Both the position numbers and the translations under genes were made by a program. Under the pieces are notes generated by a model. It did not search any database. It was given only the letters and a program-made list of their open reading frames with translations, and was not told the DNA's origin. Shown piece by piece: positions 53,246 through 61,509 of a stretch of DNA of 64,000 nt. Source of the stretch: a virus; the IMG/VR virus record IMGVR_UViG_3300037483_000453, positions 1-64,000 of that record; one strand, written 5' to 3'. The first letter of the stretch is position 1. Each line of letters starts with the position of its first letter.

Positions 53246-54050
53246 CATCGAACACATCATGCAGGGCTTCAATGCCGAGCTCGAGAAGATCGCTGGCATG
53301 GCAGGTGTGGCTAGGGCAATACCTGGGACCCTTGGTAGGTTTGGCAAGAGGCAGGTACATGCTCTTACGGGCTGGACCCCCAAAGCTGGTATTCAGTCTA
53401 TTCGAGGCGGTGCCTACGAGGCTACTCAGCGCCTTGGCAAGGCCAGGGCAGCGGTGGCGCCAGGTAGTGCGGGTGCGTCCCCAAGATTCACAGATAAGGT
53501 TCTACGGCGGACACCCGAGAAGGTACACACTCGAGCCGTGGCTGCCGGTCACAAGGAGCTTGTGTCTGCCCAGAGAGCGCATGCGTCTGCACAGAAGGCA
53601 GAGAGTATGGGGCTCACCAGCTTGCCTGGGTACGTGAAAGCTCTGAAGACACACGGCGTCGGTAGCACCATGAAGTCGGGCTTTAAAGAGCAGTGGGACA
53701 GCATGGGTCCAGCGGGTCGTGGTTTGATGCTGGGCTTTCCCACGGTGGGCGCTGGTAGTGAGGTTATGCGTGAGAGTAAGCCTGGCGAGGCTGGCCGGTT
53801 CTCCCGAGCTGGGACCCGTCTTGGTGAGATGGCGTATATGATGGGGCCTGTCCCCATCGCAGGGCAGGTGGCAGCCCAGACGGTCCTTAGTGGTAGCGGC
53901 AAGCATGTTGGCTCACTGTTCGACAAGCGGCCGGTCAAAGCAAAGAACACGATGGCTCCATCTACACTAGATCCCGCTGGGGGTGAGGCAGAGCCAGGAG
54001 ACCGCATCATTAGTGACAGGGCCTCTGGTCTTGGTGGGAGTGCCCAATGA
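53238..54050 (+). CDS. Basic G/A-rich protein beginning FNAELEKIA (putative internal head protein)
   Basis: Start moved to ATG 53238; glycine-rich hydrophobic segments. Confidence 0.65.
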   Translation: MDNIEHIMQGFNAELEKIAGMAGVARAIPGTLGRFGKRQVHALTGWTPKAGIQSIRGGAYEATQRLGKARAAVAPGSAGASPRFTDKVLRRTPEKVHTRAVAAGHKELVSAQRAHASAQKAESMGLTSLPGYVKALKTHGVGSTMKSGFKEQWDSMGPAGRGLMLGFPTVGAGSEVMRESKPGEAGRFSRAGTRLGEMAYMMGPVPIAGQVAAQTVLSGSGKHVGSLFDKRPVKAKNTMAPSTLDPAGGEAEPGDRIISDRASGLGGSAQ

Positions 54051-57000
54051 GCTTTGGACTAGGTGGGCAGGGCTCTGGAGCAGGTCTTGGTACAACGCGC
54101 TTATCGACACAAGGGCGCATACAGGGGGGCATAACACAGGGTGTTAGTTACCCAAGTCCCTTTTTTGATGTTGCACATACCTACCTACCAGCCACTGTCA
54201 AGCAGCTGTTTCGTTGGTGTCGGTACTACTTCCTGACGAACCCCCTCATCAATGCGACGGTGTTCAAGCTCAGTGAGTATCCGATTACAGACATCTCGGT
54301 TGAGCACGAAAACGCTGACGTGAAGGAGCGGTGGGAGACCTACTTCCGCGAACATCTTCGGTTTCGTCCATTCCAGATTGAGTGTGGCCTTGACTACCAC
54401 ACATATGGTAATGCCATGGTTAGCCTGGGATTTCCGTTTCACAAATATCTCAAGTGTCAGCACTGCCGTCTCACTGAGCGTGCCGACAAGATCCGGCAGT
54501 ACTGGACGTTCACCAATCTGAACTTCAGACTGAACTGCCCTAAGTGTGGCAACGTGTCAGAGGCTGAAGCGACAGACTTCTACTATCGTGACGCGAACGC
54601 CATCAACACTATCCGGTGGAACTGTGAGCATGTTGAAGTCACATACAATGATGTGACTGGCCAGAGTACCTACTTCTATACGATTCCTCCGACAGTACGG
54701 AATGACGTGGTCATCGGCAAGAAGGACGTAGTGGAGTCGGTACCGCAGGTTTTCATCCAAGCTATGCGGGAGCGTAAGGGAGTTGTTTTTTCAAAGGATA
54801 ACTTCTTCCATATGAAGCGACCGACACTCGCACAGCAGGACCGCGGGTGGGGCACGCCCATCATACTGCCTGTGCTGAAGGACACCTTCTACATGCAGAT
54901 TATGAAGAAGGCCCAAGAGGCAATTCTACTTGAGCATATTGTTCCGCTGCGTGTGCTGTTTCCACAGGCTGGTTCCGGGAGCTCGGATCCTTATACGACA
55001 GTCAACCTGACTGATTGGCGTGACCACGTCGGTGCTGAGATTGCCCGTTGGAGACAGGACTGCGTATCTCCAGACACATTGGTGGAGACCCCTGATGGTG
55101 TTGCCGCTGCAGAGGCTATTACGGAGGGGGACTTACTCCGCGATCATTTAGGTGGCTACAGCCGCGTCAAGAAGGTATGGAAGCGGCCCCTTAGGGCAGG
55201 CGAGAAGGCCTATTCTATTAGGGCTCGCGGACTCGGGGGTGTCATCCCTGTTGTGTCTGAGGGACACCCGTTTTTGGCGGCCAAGAAACTCAACAATGGA
55301 AACGGCCATAAACTCGGGGAGGCTGGGTACATCAGAGCGAAAGACCTTTCTGAGGGCGACTACATTGGTTACCCACTGCGCCGAGAGAGAACTCCCTGGG
55401 ATGTACTTGATCTAGCCCAGCACACTGACAGAGCTTGCACAGACAGCTGGTGCTACGTGGACCATGTAGATGATGCAGCACCACGTGCTTACGAGTTTCT
55501 CGTGGAGTGCGGGCCCCCAGAGGACAGGGAATCGTTGCTCAAGGAGCGTGGTTGGACAGTCAACCAGTACAAGGCAGCTCAAGCGGCTTACAGGGAAGGA
55601 AGGGTCTTGCGTCGGGTGCCCAGGTATCTGAGTCTGACTGACGACTTCCTGTGGGTCCTCGGGCTGTACTTGGCTGAGGGAAGTGTTTCACGGAAGCAGG
55701 TCCTTTTCGCAGCCAATAAGAAGGAGCACGAACTCTACGAGCGAGTGTATAGGTTCTTTGACCAGGTGTTCGACGCTTCTGGATTCACAAGTGACAAGGG
55801 GGGCAACGGTTGCCAGCACGTGTTTTCTAGCGTGGTTGCAGCACAGGTATTTAGCTCCTTGTGCGCTGGGACAGCAACAACCAAGCGTATACATCGGCGG
55901 CTGCTAGAGGCGTCTGACTCGCAAGTGACCAGCTTATTGCGGGGCGCCTTCGACGGTGACGGGTGCGCACACAATGATGGTTCCAGCAATAAATCTTCCA
56001 TTGGGGTAGCTAGCCCACAGCTGGCGTGTGGCATTCAACGTTTACTGCTGTCGCTGGGGGTGCCAGCAGGGATCTCGTACAAACCCCCACATCAGTACGA
56101 CATATGTGGCAAGACCGGTATGTCCAATGGCTGTCACTCCGTAGGGGTGTATGGAAGTAGTAACACGAAGATGCGGGCGTTATTTGAAGGACGTGAGTTC
56201 CATGGGGTTCTTCAACCTACTATGGGGGTAGAGCGCGATGGCTACTTCTGGTTCAGGATTTCAGAGATAGAAGAGAGCCACACTGACGAAGTTATCGGGT
56301 TCCAGATGGAGGACTCGGAAGTTAGCGTGCGCCTCGATGATGGCGAGGCGCACGGAACGTTCTGTCTTCACGGGATGGCCTCTGCGAATTCAAATTACAT
56401 TCCTATACTACCTCTGCCTATTGGCAACCAGACCATTGGTGGGGATGGTCGGGCGCTCCTGCTAACACAAGAGATCCAGACCCTGTCAGAGCACATCATG
56501 TCAGGTCTCGGGGTGCCACGTGAGTTCTTGCTGGGAGGCATGAGTTACTCAGGGTCGAATGTGTCCTTGCGCATGCTTGAGAATCAGTTCTTGGGGTTCA
56601 TCTTACGTCATAAGCAGCTGGCCAACTGGACCATGAAACAGGTGGCAGCCTACATGGGGTGGCCTGAGGCAACTATCCGTTTTAAGCCATTCAAGATGGC
56701 CGATGATATACAGCGAAAAGCCTACTTGTTTCAGCTCAACCAGGCGCAGAAGGTCTCAGACCGCACACTGCTAGCTGATGCTGACCTGGACCAGGTGAAA
56801 GAAGATAGAATCATGATGCAGGAAACTGACTTGCGTCTAGAGGCCACGAGGAAGCAACAGCTTGCACTTGCTGAGGTACAGGGCGAGGCGCAGGTTGTCA
56901 TGTCAAAGGCACAGGTAAAGGCGCAGCAGGTCATGGCACAAGCGCAGAACTCAGGGGTAGCTCCGGGTGAGCCTGGGGGAGGCGAGACCGGCGCTCCTAA

Positions 57001-57331
57001 TCCGATGCAGCAGATGCAGAGTTCACTGAGTTTGCAGCAGGAGACCGCAGCGGCTGAGGGCTCTAATCAGGAGGCGATGGGGGTCGACATACAGCAGTTG
57101 GCCCAGCAGTTGGCCCAGCAGGTGGCCGAGATACCCCCAGACCAGCAGCAAGTTGCACTTGAGAACCTCGCAGCTCAGAGTCCAGATCTCGCACAAATGG
57201 TTCAGCAGATTTTGCAGCAGCTGCAGGGACCCGCAGGCTCACAGGGGGCGTTGACCCAGTCGGTATCCCAGGTGGATATGCGGCCACAGCCTGAGGTACT
57301 TCCGGCCCGTCGTGTAGCTGCAGCGATCTGA
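54047..57331 (+). CDS. Portal protein with intein (about 651 aa after splicing)
   Basis: YYFLTNPLINATVFKLSEYP, HMKRPTL..RGWGTPIILPVLK, SGLGVPREFL.GG..Y; these segments resemble large-phage portals. Confidence 0.75.
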   Translation: MSFGLGGQGSGAGLGTTRLSTQGRIQGGITQGVSYPSPFFDVAHTYLPATVKQLFRWCRYYFLTNPLINATVFKLSEYPITDISVEHENADVKERWETYFREHLRFRPFQIECGLDYHTYGNAMVSLGFPFHKYLKCQHCRLTERADKIRQYWTFTNLNFRLNCPKCGNVSEAEATDFYYRDANAINTIRWNCEHVEVTYNDVTGQSTYFYTIPPTVRNDVVIGKKDVVESVPQVFIQAMRERKGVVFSKDNFFHMKRPTLAQQDRGWGTPIILPVLKDTFYMQIMKKAQEAILLEHIVPLRVLFPQAGSGSSDPYTTVNLTDWRDHVGAEIARWRQDCVSPDTLVETPDGVAAAEAITEGDLLRDHLGGYSRVKKVWKRPLRAGEKAYSIRARGLGGVIPVVSEGHPFLAAKKLNNGNGHKLGEAGYIRAKDLSEGDYIGYPLRRERTPWDVLDLAQHTDRACTDSWCYVDHVDDAAPRAYEFLVECGPPEDRESLLKERGWTVNQYKAAQAAYREGRVLRRVPRYLSLTDDFLWVLGLYLAEGSVSRKQVLFAANKKEHELYERVYRFFDQVFDASGFTSDKGGNGCQHVFSSVVAAQVFSSLCAGTATTKRIHRRLLEASDSQVTSLLRGAFDGDGCAHNDGSSNKSSIGVASPQLACGIQRLLLSLGVPAGISYKPPHQYDICGKTGMSNGCHSVGVYGSSNTKMRALFEGREFHGVLQPTMGVERDGYFWFRISEIEESHTDEVIGFQMEDSEVSVRLDDGEAHGTFCLHGMASANSNYIPILPLPIGNQTIGGDGRALLLTQEIQTLSEHIMSGLGVPREFLLGGMSYSGSNVSLRMLENQFLGFILRHKQLANWTMKQVAAYMGWPEATIRFKPFKMADDIQRKAYLFQLNQAQKVSDRTLLADADLDQVKEDRIMMQETDLRLEATRKQQLALAEVQGEAQVVMSKAQVKAQQVMAQAQNSGVAPGEPGGGETGAPNPMQQMQSSLSLQQETAAAEGSNQEAMGVDIQQLAQQLAQQVAEIPPDQQQVALENLAAQSPDLAQMVQQILQQLQGPAGSQGALTQSVSQVDMRPQPEVLPARRVAAAI
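55061..56389 (+). mobile_element. Intein in portal (LAGLIDADG type, 443 aa)
   Basis: WRQD|CVSPDTLVETPDG...SEGHPF...LGLYLAEGS...LRGAFDGDG...GMASAN|SNYIP. Confidence 0.88.
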
Positions 57332-57349
57332 AGTTAAAAAGAGCGAGTA

Positions 57350-57376
57350 GTGGGGCCCGCCAAAGGCGGGCCCCAC
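57350..57376. terminator. 12-bp perfect hairpin between convergent portal and vWA genes
   Basis: GTGGGGCCCGCC-AAA-GGCGGGCCCCAC. Confidence 0.75.
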
Positions 57377-57388
57377 ATTCTGCATGCT

Positions 57389-58738
57389 CTAATCGAGTTC
57401 TATCTCATAGGGCGCCAGGAGCTCCTGGTCATCACTGACTATGACGAGGTCTCCCCACAAGGCAGGCCGGCGTCCATACCCTGTGGGAATGATGCACCAG
57501 ATGACCTTCATGTTTTTGGGCGCATGCTTGGGGGCCGCTCCATCACCATCCGTGAGATAGATGAGTATGTCTGGGGTAGGGTTGAGTGTCTGTGCAAGTT
57601 CGATGGCAGGGCAGAAGCTGGTACCGCCACCTCCGTATACAGGGAGCGAGTGGATGTCTCTCATGCGGATACGTCGAGGCGTTATTGCTACCGCCGCGTC
57701 CGCGTCAATGAACCAGGCATCCTCGATGCCTAGCTGACCAAGAATACCCTTGATTTCAGCGTTCACTGACAATATTTGGTCTGGGCCCATGGACCCAGAG
57801 CTATCTCGAACAAGCATAATCTCTGGTTTTCGATCGATCATGCCTGGTCGAACTATTCCCCTCGAATAGGAGCGTTTGGATGGGCGTCTCAATGAAAAGT
57901 CTGCTCGCCCTGATAAGACACGTCCTGAACACCTGCGAATAACGGAGCGCAGGCGTGAGCGCCAGGGGACAACAGATTTTCTGTTGTCGTCTTCAAGCAG
58001 CTGTTTGAGGAAGCCCGGAACCTTGCCACGGCCCTGGGCAGCAGCTTCTCGAGCCTGTGCTACTGCTTCTTTGCGTATACGCTGTTTGTCGGCTCCAGTT
58101 CTACCGATCTCAGCATCAACTTTGCTTTCTAGGCTGCTGTCACCATTGCCGCCACAGCTGCCGCATTTACCTGCCCCGACTTTACCGCTGCTGCCACCAA
58201 ACTTTTCACAGATGGCCTTGTATTTGTTAGGTGCCTCTTCCTTCATATTTAGGAGCAGCTCCACGTACTGTTCACCAGTAAGGTTGGGAGGAAACCCATA
58301 GGTGCTGGAATATATTGCCCAGTTAGGGAGTAACCACCCGCTATCTTTGGCATCATCATTGATGGGTATGTCAAACCCCTTATTGACGATGTCTTTTGGT
58401 ACACCTACTTGGATCAAAGAGTCCAGGCGCTCTATCCCCCTCAGGATGTGGCCAGCTTCATGGACAAGAACACCTGCTTGCATTTTGTAGGTGGCTTCAT
58501 CCTTGTCCATGGTCTTGATGTGACCAGTTTCTTTCACCATGTCCACATACCACACGGGGTCGATGAGCATGACCATGCCGGCTGTGACCCCGAGTGTCTC
58601 TAGCCCCTCCTGGAAGTGGGGGATGAGGCCATAGATGATGGAGGAGTAGTATGGCGCTTCTCGGCGGATATACGCTCTGGCTAGAGATAGGGCCTCGAGA
58701 CAGCGGGTCTCATAGGATTTGGTTGAGTTGTCCACCAT
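57389..58738 (-). CDS. DUF2201-type HExxH metallopeptidase plus vWA domain protein
   Basis: VLVHEAGH; MIDAS RDSSGSM; GGGTSF; YLTDGDG; TGATG coupling to the ATPase. Confidence 0.88.
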   Translation of the reverse strand: MVDNSTKSYETRCLEALSLARAYIRREAPYYSSIIYGLIPHFQEGLETLGVTAGMVMLIDPVWYVDMVKETGHIKTMDKDEATYKMQAGVLVHEAGHILRGIERLDSLIQVGVPKDIVNKGFDIPINDDAKDSGWLLPNWAIYSSTYGFPPNLTGEQYVELLLNMKEEAPNKYKAICEKFGGSSGKVGAGKCGSCGGNGDSSLESKVDAEIGRTGADKQRIRKEAVAQAREAAAQGRGKVPGFLKQLLEDDNRKSVVPWRSRLRSVIRRCSGRVLSGRADFSLRRPSKRSYSRGIVRPGMIDRKPEIMLVRDSSGSMGPDQILSVNAEIKGILGQLGIEDAWFIDADAAVAITPRRIRMRDIHSLPVYGGGGTSFCPAIELAQTLNPTPDILIYLTDGDGAAPKHAPKNMKVIWCIIPTGYGRRPALWGDLVIVSDDQELLAPYEIELD

Positions 58739-59997
58739 CAAGTAGCCCATTGCGCAGTTAGGTTTTTCTTACGCCCAGTTTCCAAGATGACAGCCTCTGC
58801 TGCCTTTTTGAGGTCAGGGGACACGGGGTTGTCGTAGGGCCCGAGCCCGTCAGTGATGAGTGCTGAAGCGTGCGTGGCAACAATGTCCCAGTGACCTACG
58901 TTGCCCAGGTCTGCGAGGCGAAGCCACGCTTGTGTGGCCAGCTGCATCCGCTCTTGGCCCTCGGGTAGCCCAATCACCAAGGAGGTGATTGAGGCATAGG
59001 TGGCGTGCACCCGGTCTAGTTGCCTGGGGATCGACCATCCCCCTGCAAGGACGACCCGGGGGTCTGGTAGGTCAGCCTCGATGGCCCAAGCCAAGTACTC
59101 AGCGGCTGCGCCCTCACCCACGCACGCTTCCATCATCAGGTTCTCCAGGTTGGATTCTAGGCCCAGGCAACGCACGGTGGCCATACAGCGGAATGCAAAC
59201 TCCCAGCTGCGGTCAGAGGGCCAGCAGTATCCAGCTTGTGCATTGTCCGGCTTGGGCTGTTGATTGCGGATGGAGTCGTGCCCGCGCACGAAGCCAACCC
59301 AAGACCCCTTTATCTGAGGCCAGACCCCCGACCACTCTTCCTTGAGACGCGCGGTTGGGGCATTGAGTGGCCTCACAGCTTGAGATCCCTCAGACAGAAT
59401 CCAGTTAATCAGTTTATCAACTGGTGGCTTGCCCACATAGAAGTGTGCAGACCGGTTGGCAAAGGGTGCCTCAAGCCCCCACCCTCCGGCTGAGTACTCC
59501 GGAGGGTTAGCAGCCATCAATATTCGTATGTTGGGGTGGAACCTGACAGCGCCTACACGCCTATCCAGCACCATGCTGAGCATAGCTCCTTGTACCGCCG
59601 GGGCAGCACAGCTCACTTCATCAAGGAACAGCAGTCCGCCACCCATGTCATTCAAGATGGTGACCTGGGTGAGCATGCAAGCTGACATGAGTTTGTCCGC
59701 CAGTACTACTGGTAGTGAGCTGAAGTCCTCGGGCGCGTGGGTACCCGGGTACACCACCTCTACATGCAGGCCCAGCTTGGCAGCGGCCTGTTTGATAATG
59801 GCCGATTTACCAATGCCTGACAGTCCCCAGAGGATACCGGGCATTCCCATTGGGCAAGAGTCACTGCGGGGGTCTTTCATAGGCGTCATTAGCAGTGCCA
59901 GCATGACGTTTTCCAGGTGACTTGTTGCGTCGGGCATGAGTGCCCCACCGGTTACTTTTTGAATCTCTGTCTCTATGGCTGCTTGCTCGTTGGTCAT
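58738..59997 (-). CDS. MoxR-like AAA+ ATPase
   Basis: WGLSGIGKS, LLFLDEV, MAANPP, PFANRSAH, WPSDRSW; start at ATG 59997. Confidence 0.9.
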   Translation of the reverse strand: MTNEQAAIETEIQKVTGGALMPDATSHLENVMLALLMTPMKDPRSDSCPMGMPGILWGLSGIGKSAIIKQAAAKLGLHVEVVYPGTHAPEDFSSLPVVLADKLMSACMLTQVTILNDMGGGLLFLDEVSCAAPAVQGAMLSMVLDRRVGAVRFHPNIRILMAANPPEYSAGGWGLEAPFANRSAHFYVGKPPVDKLINWILSEGSQAVRPLNAPTARLKEEWSGVWPQIKGSWVGFVRGHDSIRNQQPKPDNAQAGYCWPSDRSWEFAFRCMATVRCLGLESNLENLMMEACVGEGAAAEYLAWAIEADLPDPRVVLAGGWSIPRQLDRVHATYASITSLVIGLPEGQERMQLATQAWLRLADLGNVGHWDIVATHASALITDGLGPYDNPVSPDLKKAAEAVILETGRKKNLTAQWAT

Positions 59998-59999
59998 TT

Positions 60000-60605
60000 T
60001 TACCCGGTCTTGGTGTAGGCGCAGTTGGCGCAGTTGCTGTCCTCTTCTGCAGGGCAGCCATTTCTCCAGCATCGAATCGCGGTGCCCTCAGGACACTCAT
60101 GGTATTGCTTCACGGGCTCATCCCAGAGCTCGTCAACGACATCTGAGTTCAGCATGTTGATGCAGCTTATGCACAAGACGTGTGGATCAGGGCTGGTGCA
60201 TTTGAAGGTGGTTCCGCCATACTCTCCGTTGGGGTATCGGGATGCCTGCCGGACTTCACCAGCTGTGATTATGCCGACAACTTCACCAGTGCGAATCCCA
60301 CTATGGCATGTGCTGCAGTTAGTGATTGATTGGTCATCGTCGACCAAGGGGACGTCCCGCTTGTAATCAGCTAGCTCCTCCTTGGAGCAGTCCCAGCAAC
60401 TCTCACAGAAAAACTGTGGTTCCCAAAGGAAGTCACCGTCTTCGAAGATCAGGGGCGAATACAACATCCCCTTCTCAGTTAGATGGGCAATCACTATGGT
60501 GACGACATAGGTTTCCTCCGTGAACTGTATGGTGTCACCGCACGTAACACAGGAGAAGTCGGGGGTTGCCAAGTCAAGTGCTCCTAGATGTCGGCCGTTT
60601 CCCAT
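60000..60605 (-). CDS. Tandem Zn-finger protein
   Basis: Two repeats CxxC..(about 33 aa)..CxxC, plus a C-terminal Cys cluster; GAGGA SD before ATG 60605. Confidence 0.7.
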   Translation of the reverse strand: MGNGRHLGALDLATPDFSCVTCGDTIQFTEETYVVTIVIAHLTEKGMLYSPLIFEDGDFLWEPQFFCESCWDCSKEELADYKRDVPLVDDDQSITNCSTCHSGIRTGEVVGIITAGEVRQASRYPNGEYGGTTFKCTSPDPHVLCISCINMLNSDVVDELWDEPVKQYHECPEGTAIRCWRNGCPAEEDSNCANCAYTKTG

Positions 60606-61171
60606 AGCAGGTTGTTCCTCTCTACCCGCACCCATCTGGCGTTGATAGTCTCGAGTCTTGGGTCCGGGCCATAGCCCGTGTATCTGTCCATGTCTGCTAG
60701 CAGCATGTGCATTTCTTCTCTGTCTGATACGCCTCCGTCGTGAACACGCCGTATGACTTGCAGGTTACTGGGCAGTACCCCAGGGTAGTGCTCACGGAGC
60801 CTGAGTTCTCTGTCCAGTAGGTCATCGTCGAGGTCCTCCTCATCGACGCAGAATCCAAACCATCCTGGGTCAGCTACGTCGGGGTAGTCCGTGCCGGCCC
60901 AATGACAGGGGCTGCCAGGTTTAGCAATGCCAATGAGGACCTCTAGGTCACGCTGGTTGCAGAATGTAACAAATCCCTTGTTGTCCAGGAACTTGGCCCT
61001 CACCCCGTTCAATCGGCGTCTGCGGATTGGCGCACACAGGTACTGCAGAGTCCACACTCGACCCAAGGTCTTGAGGTCCAAGCATTGAAAACCGGGGAGT
61101 CCAAAGTTCTCTTCTAGGATCCGTGTCCCTGGTATAGTGGCTAGCCGTACCTTGTTTGGATTGACAAGCAC
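60584..61171 (-). CDS. Hypothetical protein
   Basis: GAGGGG SD, GTG start. Confidence 0.65.
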   Translation of the reverse strand: MLVNPNKVRLATIPGTRILEENFGLPGFQCLDLKTLGRVWTLQYLCAPIRRRRLNGVRAKFLDNKGFVTFCNQRDLEVLIGIAKPGSPCHWAGTDYPDVADPGWFGFCVDEEDLDDDLLDRELRLREHYPGVLPSNLQVIRRVHDGGVSDREEMHMLLADMDRYTGYGPDPRLETINARWVRVERNNLLWETADI

Positions 61172-61255
61172 CTACTGCCCCTCACGTGCTACACAGTGTT
61201 GTGCCCACAGGAGCAAGCCCTGGAAGAATGAGACTGCACATAGAAGGAGGACCAT

Positions 61256-61459
61256 TTATTCTCCTAGCTGTTCATCCTTGGCGACCTCGTCCTGCCCTTC
61301 CTCGGGCTCGCCATACAACTCGTTGAGGTCCTTCTGGAACTGCTCTCCGGAGTTCTCAAAACTTCGCTCATCTTTGCTACACTTATTTTTTGGACCCATA
61401 CGTCTCCTACGTTGCTCATGTCTACTGTTATTATCCCCGTATTCAGAGATTGCTTTCAT
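61256..61459 (-). CDS. Small highly charged protein
   Basis: Basic N-half, acidic C-half; start uncertain. Confidence 0.45.
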   Translation of the reverse strand: MKAISEYGDNNSRHEQRRRRMGPKNKCSKDERSFENSGEQFQKDLNELYGEPEEGQDEVAKDEQLGE

Positions 61460-61509
61460 GCGCTGGCTCACTGATCTAGGGCGCTGCATGGGGTACAATA
61501 GGGCTTGAT

